From NCBI GenBank assembly GCA_963779175.1, contig CAVZXA010000007.1:91930-155929 (forward strand): a stretch of DNA of 64,000 nucleotides, in the 5' to 3' direction. Made by a program: the position numbers and the translations under genes. The notes under the pieces were generated by a model. That model was not told the DNA's origin and did no database searches. It saw only the letters and a program-made list of their open reading frames with translations. This stretch comes from an uncultured Acidobacteriota bacterium (GTDB lineage: Bacteria > Acidobacteriota > Vicinamibacteria > Vicinamibacterales > UBA2999). Below are positions 29,215-40,337 of the stretch, piece after piece; within the stretch, counting starts at the first letter, position 1, and each line of letters opens with the position of its first letter.

Positions 29215-32016
29215 ATGAGTTTGGCTCCCGGCGACCGCATCGGCCCGTACGAGGTGGCAGGCCCCCTCGGCGCAGGTGGCATGGGCGAGGTCTACCGGGC
29301 CACCGACACGAAGCTGAAGCGTCAGGTCGCGATCAAGATCCTGCCGGCGTCGTTCGCGGCCGACGCCGAGCGCCTGGCGCGTTTCCAGCGCGAAGCCGAA
29401 GTGCTCGCCTCGCTGAATCATCCCCACATCGCCGCGATCTACGGTCTCGAAGAAAGCGGACGGCATCACGGCGCTCGTGATGGAACTCGTCGAGGGCGAG
29501 GACCTGTCGCAGCGCATCGCCCGCGGCGCGATGCCGCTCGACGAAGCGTTGCCGATCGCGAAGCAGATCGCCGAGGCGCTCGAAGCGGCGCACGAGCAAG
29601 GGATCATCCATCGCGATCTGAAGCCCGCGAACATCAAGGTGCGCGCTGACGGCACCGTGAAGGTGCTGGACTTCGGCTCGGCGAAGGCGCTCGACGCGCA
29701 CGCGTCAGGCGCGACGGCGGAGGCGATGACCTCGCCGACCATCGACCGTCCGCCTGCCGTCACGCTCCGCCACGGCTACCGCGCGGCAGGCAGATGAGGC
29801 GGGGATGATCCTCGGCACCGCCGCCTACATGGCGCCGGAGCAGGCGAAGGGGCAAGGCCGTCGACGGCGCGCGGACATCTGGGCGTTTGGCGCGGTGCTG
29901 TTCGAGATGCTGACGGGCACGCGGGCGTTCGGTGGCGACGATGTCGCCGACACGCTCGCGAACGTGATGAAGACGGAGCCGGACTGGGAGCGACTGCCGG
30001 CGGACGTGCCGGCGCGGATGCGGCAGGTGTTGCGCGCCTGCCTGCAGCAGGATCCGAAGCAGCGTCTCGGCGACATCGGCAGAGCGTGCGCCTCGCGCTC
30101 GAGGGCGCGTTCGAGACGGCCGCGCCGCAGACGACGTCATCAGCCACCGCATCGGCGTCGCGCGGACGACTGCCCTGGATGGTCGCGGCTCGCCGCCGCG
30201 GTCGTGGGGATGGTCGCGCTCGCCGTTCCCGCCTGCGGCATCTGCGCGAAACGCCGCCACCCGCGCCGCCCGAGACGCGCGTGGACATCGTCACGCCCGC
30301 CACCGACCAGCCCACGGACTTTGCCCTCTCGCCCGACGGCCGGCAGATCGTCTTCGTGGCCTCGGGCGACGGCGCCTCCCGCCTCTGGCGGCGGTCGCTG
30401 GCGACGACGACGGCCCAACCGCTGGCGGGCACCGAAGGCGCGCAGTCTCCCTTCTGGTCGCCCGACAGCCGCGCCGTCGGGTTCTTCGCCAATGGCCAAT
30501 TGAAACGGATCGACCTCGAGTGGCGGCACGCCACAGACCCTCGCTCCGGCATCCAGCGGCCGCGGCGGGACCTGGAATGCCGACGGCGTGATCCTGTTCG
30601 CGCCCAACTCCGGGGGCCCGCTGCTCCGCGTGCCGGCCTCGGGCGGCGCACCGGTCGCGGTCACCACCCTCGCCGGGCAAAACAGCCACCGGGGGCCGTC
30701 GTTTCTACCCGATGGTCGGCACTTCCTGTTCTACGCGCTGGGGACGCCGGACACCGCGGGGATTTACCTGGGGACGCTCGACGCGCCCGACACGCACCGG
30801 CTGACGGCGGCCGACGCGGCGGGCGTCTTCCTGCCGTCGGTGCGTAGCACGGGGCCTGGGTCCGCCGAAGCTCGCACCGCGGCGAAGGTGGACTCGGCGC
30901 GCCGAAGCCTCGAGCGAAGGCGGCTGGCTGCTGTGGGTGCGCGCGGGGACGCTCGTGGCCCAGCGCCTGGACCTGGCGCGGGCGGCGCTCACCGGCGACC
31001 CGGTGACGCTGGCCGATGCGGTGGCGGTCGATGCGGACGGTCAATGCCGCCGCGGTGTCGGTCTCGGCGAGCGGGCTGGTGGCCTATCGGTCGGGCGCGG
31101 GCAGTCGGCGGCAACTCACCTGGGTGGACCGGTCGGGCCAGGCGCTCGGCCCGCTGGGCGCGCCGGACGAGAACAATCTGCGCCACCTGAGCGTGTCGGC
31201 CGATGGGCAGCGGGTGGCGGTGGCCCGCACGGTGCAGGGCAACTCAGACCTCTGGCTGCTGGACGGCGCCCGCACGAGCCGGTTCACGTTCGACGCGGCG
31301 CTGGACCGCTTCCCCCTCTGGTCTCCCGACGGCACTCGGATCGCGTTCGACTCGAATCGGACGGGGCCCCGCGACCTCTACTGAAGGCGGCCAGCGGCGC
31401 GGGCGTGGAGGAGGTGCTCGTGGCCTCCCCGCAGGCCAAGGTCCCCACCGACTGGTCCGCGGACGGCCGGTTCCTGCTCTATTTCAGCGTGGACCCGCAG
31501 ACGAACTCGGACCTCTGGGTGCTCCCGCTGGAGGGGGACCGCACGCCGTGGGTGTTCCTGAAGACCCCCTTCGACGAACGCGACGGCACGTTCTCGCCGG
31601 ACGGACGCTGGGTGGCCTACCAGTCCAACGAATCGGGGCGCCACGAAATCTACATCCGGCCGTTCGCGGGGCCTGCGGCGTCTGGCGCGTCCGCCAGCCA
31701 GGTGGGCGGGCAGTGGCAGGTGTCGACGGCGGGCGGCACCTATCCGCGCTGGCGGCGCGACGGCCGGGAACTCTACTACCTCGCGCCCAATGGCGCGATG
31801 ATGGCGGCGCCGATCACCGTCACCGGGGCCACGCTCGCGCCGGGCGCGCCGGTGGCGCTCTTTCCCACGCGGGTCGTCGGCGGCGGCACAGACACGAGCC
31901 AGGGCCGGCAATACGACGTGACCCGCGACGGGCGCTTCCTGATCAACACGGTGCTGGACGAGGCGGCCGCGCCGATCACGCTCATCCAGCACTGGAACCC
32001 CGAGGCGAAGCAGTAG
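29215..32016 (+). pseudogene. K1: Ser/Thr kinase - TM - TolB/PD40 propeller paralog, heavily decayed
   Basis: Homology to K2/K3 can be followed through at least eight frame changes (ORFs 29215, 29477, 29805, 30086, 30588, 30937, 31016). About 50 nt at 29744-29793 replace 12 nt in the activation segment. A hairpin-element-like insertion lies at about 30843-30925. Confidence 0.85.
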
Positions 32017-32094
32017 CGTGGCGCGGGATTGGCGGGCGCTCGACCGGCCGGCGCTGTTGAAGCGGTGATGCCGCCCCGCCTCGACGAGTGGCGT

Positions 32095-32207
32095 TGGACG
32101 TGGAAGGTGCGGTGGTGTCGGTGATCAGTCGAGAAGACTTCATCCGCAACAAGCGCGCGGCCGGGCGGCTCAATGATCTGGCCGACATCGATTCCCTCGA
32201 GCTCTGA
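32095..32207 (+). pseudogene. C-terminal remnant of a nucleotidyltransferase-like gene
   Basis: Open only from 32071. It reads ..RVALDVEGAVVSVISREDFIRNKRAAGRLNDLADIDSLEL-stop, a tail I associate with small stand-alone NTase-fold proteins. There is no N-terminal part. Confidence 0.3.
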
Positions 32208-32321
32208 CTCCGTCGGCTCTTCGGTTTCGCCCCTGAACCGCGCGATCCACGAAGGCGTACTCGCTTTCCTCCGGCCCGATGGCGCGTCCCTGGAGGTCGC
32301 CGCCGGTATACTTCCCCAGCG

Positions 32322-35031
32322 TTGGCCCTCACCCCCGGCACTCGACTCGGCGTCTACGAGATCACCGCGCCCCTCGGCGAAGGCGGCATGGGGCAGGTAT
32401 GGCGGGCGCGCGACACCCGACTCAATCGCGATGTCGCCCTCAAGTGTCTGCCCGACTCGTTTGCCAATGACCCCGATCGGCTGGCGCGCTTCACCCGCGA
32501 AGCGCAGACACTGGCTGCGCTGAATCACCCCTACATCGCGGCCATCTACGGACTCGAAGAGAGCGCCCCTTCGACCCCTTCGACCAGCTCAGGGCAGGTG
32601 GGTGTCACGGCGCTCGTGATGGAACTCGTCGAGGGCGAGGACCTGTCGCAGCGTATCGCCCGCGGCGCGATGCCCCTCGATGAAGCGCTCCCCATCGCGA
32701 GGCAAATTGCCGAGGCCCTTGAAGCCGCGCACGAGCAGGGGATCATCCATCGCGATCTGAAGCCCGCGAACATCAAGGTGCGCGCCGACGGCACCGTGAA
32801 GGTGCTGGACTTCGGTCTCGCCAAAGCGCTCGACGCGAATGCGTCGAGCGCGCCGGCGGACAACTCGCCGACGATCACGTCGCCGGCGATGACGCAGGCG
32901 GGGATGATTCTCGGCACCGCCGCGTACATGGCGCCGGAGCAGGCGCGCGGCAAGACCGTGGACCGACGCGCGGATATCTGGGCGTTCGGTGCCGTGCTCT
33001 TCGAGATGCTCACCGGCACACGCGCGTTCCGCGGCGACGACGTGACCGACACGATCGTGTCGGTCATCAGCAAGGAGCCAGACTGGAGCGCCGTGCCGGC
33101 CACCACGCCGGCGGGACTGCGCCAATTGCTGACGCGCTGTCTGAAGAAGGACGTCAGGACGCGACTGCAGGCCATCGGCGATGCGCGCGTGCAGCTTGAC
33201 GAGCTGCTCAGCGGCGCACTCGAAGACATGACCACCTCGCTGCCGACGGCGACGCAGACCGCGCCGACGCGGGGACGCGTGCCATGGATGGTTGCGACTG
33301 CCGCCGTGGCGGGGATGGTCGCCATGGCGACGCCTACGCTGCGCCATCTGCGTGAGGCGCCGCCGGCCACTCCGCCTGAAATGAGGCTGGAGATCACGAC
33401 GCCCGCTACTGACACGCCGCTGGATTTTGCCCTGTCGCCCGACGGCCGCCACATTGTCTACGTCGCGTCAGGTGATGGGCCCTCACGGCTGTGGCTGCGT
33501 CCCCTCGACCACACCGAGGCGCGACCGCTGCCGGGCACGGAGGGCGGGGAGGCGCCGTTCTGGGCGCCCGACAGTCGGTCGATCAGGTTCTTTGCGGCCG
33601 GCAAGCTTCAGCGCCTCGACGTCGCCGACGGTGCGCCGCAGGTGCTGGCGAGCACCGGAGGGAACGGCTTCGGCGGTAGTTGGAGCACGGACGGCACCAT
33701 TCTGTTTCAGCTCCAAGGCTCGGTCGGTGGCCTGTCGGGCGTCGCGGCCACCGGGGGCGAGCCGGCGGCCGTGACGCGACTGGATGCGCCGCGCCAGACG
33801 AGCCATCGCGCCCCGCATTTTCTTCCCGACGGCCAGCAGTTCTTGTTCTACGTCTCGGGCACGCCCGAGGTTGCGGGCATCTACCTGGGGTCGCTCGACG
33901 GTGGCAGTCCCACGCGGTTGACGGCGTCCGACTCGGGCGGCGCGTTCCTGCCGCCGGACCGCGTGGTCTTCGTGCAGGCCGGAACACTCGTGGCGCGCCG
34001 GCTGGATCTGGCCGGCCGGGTGTTGACCGGCGACCCCGTTCCGTTGGCCGACGGCGTCGGTGTAGACAGCCTTGCCAACGGGGGCTTCGCCGTGTCGGCC
34101 GCGGGCGCGGTGGCCTATCGCATCGGCGGCGGCGGGTCGCGCCAGCTGACCTGGGTGGACCGGACCGGCAAGGCCGTGGGCGTGGCCGGCGCGCCTGACG
34201 AGAATGCCCCACGGTATCCCGAGCTGTCGCCCGACGGCCGGCGTGTAGGGATGGATCGCACGGTGAAGGGCAACCTCGACATCTGGGTGCGGGATCTCAT
34301 TCGCGGCGGGCTCACGCGCCTGAGTTTCGATGCGATGGCCGATGTCATGCCCGCGTGGTCGCCGGACGGGCGGCGCATCGCCTTCACGTCATTCCGAACG
34401 GACATCAATGATCTCTACCTGAAACCCTCGGATGGGTCAGGCGCTGAGGAGCGGCTGCTGGACTCCCCGAACACCAGGACACCGCAGGACTGGTCACGGG
34501 ACGGCCGGTGGCTGCTGTACTACGAGGCCCACCCCACGACCGGGCGCGATCTGTGGGCGGTCGATATGACGAGCCCGGACCACACGCTGCGCCTCGTCGC
34601 CAACACGATTGCGGAAGAAGTGCTGGCGCAGGTGTCGCCTGACCGGGCGCTGGGTGGCGTATCAGACCAACGAGTCGGGCCGGTTCGAAGTGGTGGTGCA
34701 ATCGTTCCCCGACGCGGGCGGCAAGTGGCAGGTGTCGACCACCGGCGGCGTCTCGCCGCGCTGGCGCGCCGACGGCAAGGAGCTCTACTTCCTGGCGCCC
34801 GACGCCACGATGATGGCGGTGTCGGTCACCGCTGCGGGCACGTCGTTCGCGGCCGGCACGCCGGTGACGCTCTTTCCGACACGCGTCGTGGACGGCGGAA
34901 CGCTGGCCCGGAGCCGCCCGCAGTACGCGCTCGCGCGCGACGGCCGGTTCCTGATCAACCAGCCGGTGGCGGACGCCACGGCCGCGCCGATCACGCTGAT
35001 TCTGAATTGGCAGCCCCCGACGAAGCCGTAG
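32322..35031 (+). pseudogene. K2: Ser/Thr kinase - TM - TolB/PD40 propeller paralog, one apparent frame break
   Basis: TTG start 9 nt after TATACT. Kinase motifs: [37 protein letters not shown] segment VPWMVATAAVAGMVAMATP, then repeated SPDGR units. An extra C in GACCGGG (about 34643) shifts the frame, and the tail continues in ORF 34609..35031. Confidence 0.9.
32565..32606 (+). repeat. In-frame SGQA-type short repeat insertion in the K2 kinase domain
   Basis: gccccttcgaccccttcgaccagctcagggcaggtgggtgtc encodes APSTPSTSSGQVGV. It is absent from K3, K6 and K8 at the same position. Confidence 0.7.
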
Positions 35032-35077
35032 GGCGACCGTGCGCTCAGGCCGTGAGGCTTTCTGCTACGCTCTCAGC

Positions 35078-35368
35078 ATGACGCTCGACGCGGTCACTCG
35101 GTGTCTTCTCGGCCAGCGGGCGCTGTTGGTGGAACACGGCGTCTCGGCGCTCTACGTCTTCGGATCTGTTGCGAACGGACGAGCCACGGCGCACAGTGAC
35201 ATCGATCTGCTCGTCGAATTCTCACGGCCTGTCGGCCTTGTCGAGTTTGTCGGGTTGCAGCAGCGCTTGACGGCGGCGTTGGGACATCCCGTCGATCTCG
35301 TGACGCCTGCCGCCCTGAAGCCGCAGCTGAGATCTCGCATTCTTCGCGAGGCCGTTCGTGCCGCCTGA
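35078..35368 (+). CDS. mntA: MntA-type minimal nucleotidyltransferase (antitoxin of HepT/MntA module)
   Basis: ATG 35078. Motif: LYVFGSVANGRATAHSDIDLLVEF (GS-x10-DIDL NTase signature). It is followed by an overlapping DUF86/HEPN gene. Confidence 0.8.
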   Translation: MTLDAVTRCLLGQRALLVEHGVSALYVFGSVANGRATAHSDIDLLVEFSRPVGLVEFVGLQQRLTAALGHPVDLVTPAALKPQLRSRILREAVRAA

Positions 35369-35722
35369 GTCGAGATCGCGACGACTCCGCCTGGAGGATA
35401 TTCTTACGGCGGCTCTGCGGATTCAGTCTTACACCGCCGGGATGTCCGCGAGGAGTTTCAGGCCGATCTGAAGACCATTGATGCCGTCGTACGAAACTTC
35501 GAGGTCATGGGCGAAGCTGCGAGGCATATCGACGACGAATTCGTGGCCGATCACACCGAAGTGGCATGGCGAGAAGTGCGAGGCTTCAGGAACGTCCTGG
35601 CGCACGCATACTTCGGTGTGGATATCGCCATTCTCTGGCAGACGGTGTGCGACGACGTGCCTCACTTGATCGCAGTCGTGACACCGTTAGCGGCTGCTGA
35701 ACCGCCCGATCCTGAGTCGTAG
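35358..35722 (+). pseudogene. hepT: HepT-type HEPN (DUF86) toxin with one apparent frame break
   Basis: GTG 35358 overlaps the mntA end. The N-terminus ..RLRLEDILTAALRIQSYTAG is in one frame. The rest, ..EEFQADLKTIDAVVRNFEVMGEAARHI..RGFRNVLAHAY (R-x4-H motif), is in ORF 35507..35722. The break is near 35445-35450. Confidence 0.75.
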
Positions 35723-35784
35723 CAAGGCTCGGGACGCTGTCTCGACGCTCCCGCGGCGTTTCCGTCGGCCACCTGCCTCGACCG

Positions 35785-35803
35785 TATAATCACGTCACTC
35801 TTG
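35785..35803 (+). promoter_or_regulatory. TATAAT box 10 nt upstream of the K3 TTG start (near-leaderless promoter)
   Basis: accgTATAATcacgtcactcTTGgcc, with no Shine-Dalgarno sequence. The same architecture precedes K4, K6, K7 and K8. Confidence 0.5.
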
Positions 35804-38563
35804 GCCCTCACCCCCGGTACTCGACTCGGCGTCTATCAGATCACCGCGCCCCTCGGCGAAGGCGGGATGGGCGCCGTCTTCCGCGCGCGCGACACGAAGC
35901 TCGATCGCGATGTCGCCATCAAGGTGCTGCCCGAGGCGTTCGCGCACGATGCGGAGCGTCTTGCGCGCTTCACGCGCGAAGCCAGGACGCTCGCCGCGCT
36001 GAATCACACGAACATCGCCCACATCCACGGCCTCGAAGAGAGTGGGGGCATCACCGCGCTCGTGATGGAACTCGTCGAGGGCGAGGACCTGTCACAACGT
36101 ATTGCCCGCGGCGCGATTCCGCTCGACGAAGCGCTCCCGATCGCGAAGCAGATCGCCGAGGCGCTTGAAGCTGCGCACGAGCAGGGCATCATCCACCGTG
36201 ACCTGAAGCCCGCGAACATCAAGGTGCGCGCGGACGGCACCGTGAAGGTGCTCGACTTCGGTCTCGCCAAGGCGCTCGATCCTGCCGCCGCGTCGAGTCC
36301 CTCGTCGATGAACTCGCCGACGATCACGTCGCCCGCGATGACGCAGGCGGGGATGATCCTCGGCACCGCCGCCTACATGGCGCCCGAGCAGGCGCGCGGC
36401 AAGACGGTGGACCGACGCGCGGACAACTGGGCGTTTGGTGCGGTGCTGTTCGAGATGCTCAGCGGCACACGTGCGTTCCGTGGCGAGGACGTGACCGACA
36501 CGATCGTGTCGGTCATCAGTAAGGAGCCAGACTGGAGCGCCGTACCGGCCACCACGCCGGCGAGGCTGCGCCAATTGCTGACGCGTTGCCTGAAGAAGGA
36601 CGCCAGGACGCGACTGCAGGCCATCGGCGATGCGCGCGTGCAGCTTGACGAGCTGCTCAGTGGCGCAGCCGACGACGGGGGCAGCGCGACACCCACCACG
36701 CAGGCCGCAACTGTATCTGCGCGAGGTCGACGGCCGCTGCTGGCGGCCCTCGCCGCGGTAGCCGCGGCCGCCGCGGCACTGGCCGTGCCGGCGTGGCGGT
36801 ATCTGCGCGAAGCGCCGCCGCTCGCGCCGCCCGAGACCCGCCTCCACGTCGTGACGCCTGCGACCAGCGACCTCAGGTCGTTTGCGCTGTCGCCCGACGG
36901 CCGCCAGATCGTGTTCGCCGCCGACGGAGGCGGCGTCGCCGGACTGTGGCTGCGCCCGCTGTCCAGCACGACCGCGCGGGCCCTGCCGGGAACGGAGGGG
37001 GCGAACCTGCCCTTCTGGTCGCCCGACAGCCAGTCCATCGGCTTCTTTGCCGGCAATGCCCTGAAGCGGCTCGACCTTGCCGGCGGCTCTCCGCAGACCC
37101 TCGCCAGCGTCTCGGCTGGGTACGGCGGCGCGTGGAGCGCCGACGGGGTGATCCTGTTTGCGCCCAACTCGGCCGTCACGCCGTTGCTTCGTGTCTCCGC
37201 CACCGGCGGCACGGCCGTCCCGGTGCCGCATCGTGGGCTTCCCGGCGGCGGGCGCTCGACGGCGCCACAGTTCCTGCCCGACGGCCGGTTCGTGTTTTTC
37301 GTCCGCGGCGCCTCGGATGTCCAGGGCATCTATCTGGGCGCGCTTGACGGTGGTACGCCGACACGGCTGGTGGCCGCGGATGGCAACGGGGCGTACCTGC
37401 CCGTCCACACTCCTGCGGCCGGCGCGTCGGCCACCGGAGAAGGCGGATGGCTGCTCTGGCTGAGGCCTGGCACCGCCACGCTGGTCGCCCAGCCGCTGGA
37501 TCTCGCGACGGCGACCCTGGTGGGCGAACCGGTGACACTGGCCGACGGTGTCGCGACCGACTCCCGGCTCAACATGCCCGCGATCTCGGTCGCGCCGGGC
37601 CTCGTGGCCTATCGCAGTGGTGACGGCAATGCGCGGCAGCTCACCTGGGTAGACCGGTCGGGCACGCCACGCGGGGTCGTGGGTCCACGCGACTCGACGC
37701 TCACCAACCCCAGCGTGTCGTCCGATGGCCAGCGTGTGGCGGTTGCACGCGTGACGCAGCGTTACGCGAATATCTGGCTCTTCGATGGCCCTCGCGAAGG
37801 ACGGGTCACCGCTGAGCCCACGGCCGACCGGTTCCCCGTCTGGTCGGCTGATGGCGCACGCGTCGTGTTTTCGCGCGTCGAGGCGGCCGTCAATCTGTAC
37901 CAGAAGCGCCGCAACGGTTCGGGCGAGGCGGAGCCGGTGCTGGCGTCCGACGAGTCCAAGGTGGCCACCAGCGCATCAAGAGACGGGCGCTTCCTGCTCT
38001 ACAACAGCGTCAGCAGTGAGACCAACGTCGACATCTGGGTGGCGCCATTGACGGGCGATCGCACGCCCGCGGTGTGGCTGAAGACACCGTTCCGCGAGGG
38101 CTACGCGATGTTCTCTCCGGATGGGCGGTGGGTGGCGTACCAGTCGAACGAATCCGGACGACCAGAAATCTACGTGCGACCGTTCGTTCCACCTTCGCCA
38201 CAGGCTTCGGCGGACAAGCCCGGGACGCGCGACGCGTCGGCGGCCGAGTCCGACGGCCAGTGGCAGGTGTCGACGAACGGCGGCATCCACCCCGTGTGGC
38301 GGCACGATGGGAAAGAGCTCTTCTACCTGAGCCCGGCTGGCGAGATGATGGCGGCGCCCATCACCGCGACGTTCGGGGGCGTCGCACCTGGTGCCCCCGT
38401 GGCCCTCTTTCAGACGCGCGTCGTGGGCGGCGGCGTCGATGCGCTGCAGGCGCGCCAATACGACGTCGCCCCCGACGCGCGCTTCCTGATCAATACGGCC
38501 CTGGAGGATGGTGGGGCGCCGATCACGATCATCCAGCACTGGAGTCCCGAGGCGAAGAAGTAG
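35801..38563 (+). CDS. K3: Ser/Thr kinase - TM - TolB/PD40 propeller paralog, intact (920 aa)
   Basis: Single ORF with [26 protein letters not shown] and [12 protein letters not shown] segment [19 protein letters not shown], then repeated (F/W)SPDG(R/Q) PD40-like units. C-terminal [15 protein letters not shown]. Confidence 0.92.
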   Translation: MALTPGTRLGVYQITAPLGEGGMGAVFRARDTKLDRDVAIKVLPEAFAHDAERLARFTREARTLAALNHTNIAHIHGLEESGGITALVMELVEGEDLSQRIARGAIPLDEALPIAKQIAEALEAAHEQGIIHRDLKPANIKVRADGTVKVLDFGLAKALDPAAASSPSSMNSPTITSPAMTQAGMILGTAAYMAPEQARGKTVDRRADNWAFGAVLFEMLSGTRAFRGEDVTDTIVSVISKEPDWSAVPATTPARLRQLLTRCLKKDARTRLQAIGDARVQLDELLSGAADDGGSATPTTQAATVSARGRRPLLAALAAVAAAAAALAVPAWRYLREAPPLAPPETRLHVVTPATSDLRSFALSPDGRQIVFAADGGGVAGLWLRPLSSTTARALPGTEGANLPFWSPDSQSIGFFAGNALKRLDLAGGSPQTLASVSAGYGGAWSADGVILFAPNSAVTPLLRVSATGGTAVPVPHRGLPGGGRSTAPQFLPDGRFVFFVRGASDVQGIYLGALDGGTPTRLVAADGNGAYLPVHTPAAGASATGEGGWLLWLRPGTATLVAQPLDLATATLVGEPVTLADGVATDSRLNMPAISVAPGLVAYRSGDGNARQLTWVDRSGTPRGVVGPRDSTLTNPSVSSDGQRVAVARVTQRYANIWLFDGPREGRVTAEPTADRFPVWSADGARVVFSRVEAAVNLYQKRRNGSGEAEPVLASDESKVATSASRDGRFLLYNSVSSETNVDIWVAPLTGDRTPAVWLKTPFREGYAMFSPDGRWVAYQSNESGRPEIYVRPFVPPSPQASADKPGTRDASAAESDGQWQVSTNGGIHPVWRHDGKELFYLSPAGEMMAAPITATFGGVAPGAPVALFQTRVVGGGVDALQARQYDVAPDARFLINTALEDGGAPITIIQHWSPEAKK

Positions 38564-38590
38564 GCGCGTGCCCGCGATGCGGACGGCGCG

Positions 38591-39091
38591 CTACGCCTGC
38601 AGCCTTCGCACCAGGTCGTCAAGCCGGTCGTAGCTGAGGCCGGCGCCCCTGGCCATCCCGGTCGCCATCACCATGTCTCGCACCTGCTTCGACTGATAGC
38701 GCACGGTGGCGGTGAAGCGCGTCTTCGCGCCCTCGGCCACCAGCTCGCTCGTGACGGTGGAGGGGCTGTCGGGGAAGTCCGCGAAGATCTCCGTGAACAC
38801 GAGCCGCCCCGGGGCTTCGATTTCGAGATATTCGCCGTAGAAGGTGGCTTCGCCCTTCGGATGGCGGTTCACGAACTTCCACTTGCCGCCGACGCGCAGG
38901 TCGATCTCGCAGACCGGCACGGAGTAGCCGTCGCCGAGGCGGCCCCACCACTCCCGCACATGTTCGGGACGCGACATCGCCTCGAAGACCAGCGCCGGCG
39001 GCGCGTCGAACAACCGAGTCATGCGGATCTCTTCGTCCGACGGGGTGGTGACGGTGAAGGTGGCGCTATTGACGCCGGGGCTTGCGAGCAT
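38591..39091 (-). CDS. SRPBCC / AHSA1 (activator of Hsp90 ATPase homolog 1-like) domain protein
   Basis: 166-aa ORF with pattern ..RLFDAPPALVFEAMSRPEHVREWWG... It overlaps the upstream ArsR gene, which is a common ArsR-AHSA1 pairing. Confidence 0.75.
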   Translation of the reverse strand: MLASPGVNSATFTVTTPSDEEIRMTRLFDAPPALVFEAMSRPEHVREWWGRLGDGYSVPVCEIDLRVGGKWKFVNRHPKGEATFYGEYLEIEAPGRLVFTEIFADFPDSPSTVTSELVAEGAKTRFTATVRYQSKQVRDMVMATGMARGAGLSYDRLDDLVRRLQA

Positions 39092-39431
39092 GGCTCTTCT
39101 CCTTGGTGGCCTGCAGGCGCTGCAGGTAAGCGTCGAGACGATTCAGGCGTCCCTGCCAGAGGTGCTGGTAGTGGGCGGCCCAGTCCACGACGTGCTTGAT
39201 CGGCCCGGCCTCGATGCTGCAGTGCCGCCACTGCGCATCGGCCCGCCGCGACACCAGCCCCGCCCGTTCGAGCACGCGCAGGTGCTTCGAGACGGCCGGC
39301 AGGCTCATGTCGAACGGCTCGGCGAGCGCCGTCACGGAACACTCGCTATCGGCCAGACGGGCGAGGATGGCGCGCCGGGTGGGGTCGGCGAGCGCGGCGA
39401 AGGTGAGGCTGAGCGGATCCGAGGACGTCAT
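39066..39431 (-). CDS. ArsR/SmtB-family transcriptional regulator
   Basis: 121-aa ORF with wHTH pattern ALADPTRRAILARLADSECSVTALAEPFDMSLPAVSKHLRVLERAGLV. Confidence 0.88.
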   Translation of the reverse strand: MTSSDPLSLTFAALADPTRRAILARLADSECSVTALAEPFDMSLPAVSKHLRVLERAGLVSRRADAQWRHCSIEAGPIKHVVDWAAHYQHLWQGRLNRLDAYLQRLQATKEKSHARKPRRQ

Positions 39432-39437
39432 GTAGTG

Positions 39438-39465
39438 AACCTAATGGTTAATTAACTACTTGGTT
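39438..39465. promoter_or_regulatory. AT-rich imperfect 13-2-13 inverted repeat, candidate ArsR operator
   Basis: aacctaatggtta-at-taactacttggtt matches 10 of 13 positions as an inverted repeat. It is the only AT-rich patch nearby and lies 7 nt upstream of the arsR start. Confidence 0.5.
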
Positions 39466-39521
39466 TAATACAGCGTCGCCCACGCCCGTGTCAAGCACCA
39501 CATTGCGCTGCAGGACGCCCG

Positions 39522-40337
39522 TCAGCGCTGGCGTGGCGGCTCCGGGCAGAAGCCCGGCTCGAAGCCGCGGGCACGCTCACGCTGCTGCAGGCGGTCGGCC
39601 GGCACGGCGCGCGGCAGAATCCCGAGCCTTACGAGCTGCGGACGGAACTCGTAGCGGATGTTCACCGCCTGCGCGGGCGCGTCTTCGAGGTCGAGCCACA
39701 CCTGCTCCACGGCGTGGCCAGTGCGGCGGCCCATGCCGGTGGCGGCGTACTCGTCGGCGGACTGCTTGCTTGCGCTTGCGCCCGCACCAGCGGCGGAGGG
39801 TGCATCCCGCTCCACGGGTGACGACGGGCGGGGCGAAGGCATGGCGGTTTCGTTCGCCGTGTCGGGTCTGAACCGGGGCACGCGCTCCTTGAAGAACACC
39901 GCGGAGATCATGCCCAGGTTGGCGGTCTTGCCCAGGGCCTGCCCGTACGACCGTTCTTCGGTCGTGAACTCGAAGCGGCGCGCCTCGCTCTGGCTCGTCT
40001 GCCATCCGCTGATGGTCACGGTCTCGTAGGGGCCGAGCACCCACTTGCGCGCATCGGCCGCGGTGCTCTCGCGCGCGTCGATGGTGTTGAGGCCATCGAC
40101 CGACAGTGCCACGGCCACGCGAACGGGATAGGGATTGCGCAGGCGGATGGCGTATTCCCGCCCCTTGCGCGCCTCGACATACCATCGGCCGTCGTGCGCG
40201 TGGCGGGGTTGGGGGGCGCCGTCCACGAGCAGTTCGACGTCCGCGCTGGCGGGGCGCACGGACGACGCGGACATCACGGTGCAGGAACCGGCGGCCAGGG
40301 CGAGGCCGGCGGCGAACAGGTAAGCGATACGGGTCAT
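39522..40337 (-). CDS. Hypothetical secreted protein
   Basis: ATG 40337 preceded by GGAAGGAGGAC. Signal peptide MTRIAYLFAAGLALAAGSC. 271 aa with no family I can name. It is the internal part of track ORF 39522..40520. Confidence 0.7.
   Translation of the reverse strand: MTRIAYLFAAGLALAAGSCTVMSASSVRPASADVELLVDGAPQPRHAHDGRWYVEARKGREYAIRLRNPYPVRVAVALSVDGLNTIDARESTAADARKWVLGPYETVTISGWQTSQSEARRFEFTTEERSYGQALGKTANLGMISAVFFKERVPRFRPDTANETAMPSPRPSSPVERDAPSAAGAGASASKQSADEYAATGMGRRTGHAVEQVWLDLEDAPAQAVNIRYEFRPQLVRLGILPRAVPADRLQQRERARGFEPGFCPEPPRQR

Noticed and set aside
32546-37408. Long antisense or alternate-frame ORFs inside the kinase genes (for example 32546..33454, 36092..37408, 36373..37329, 46950..47864, 51657..52652, 55440..56207)
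   Set aside because: They mirror the kinase/propeller ORFs on the opposite strand, have skewed R/A/P/S composition, and have no independent start or SD context.
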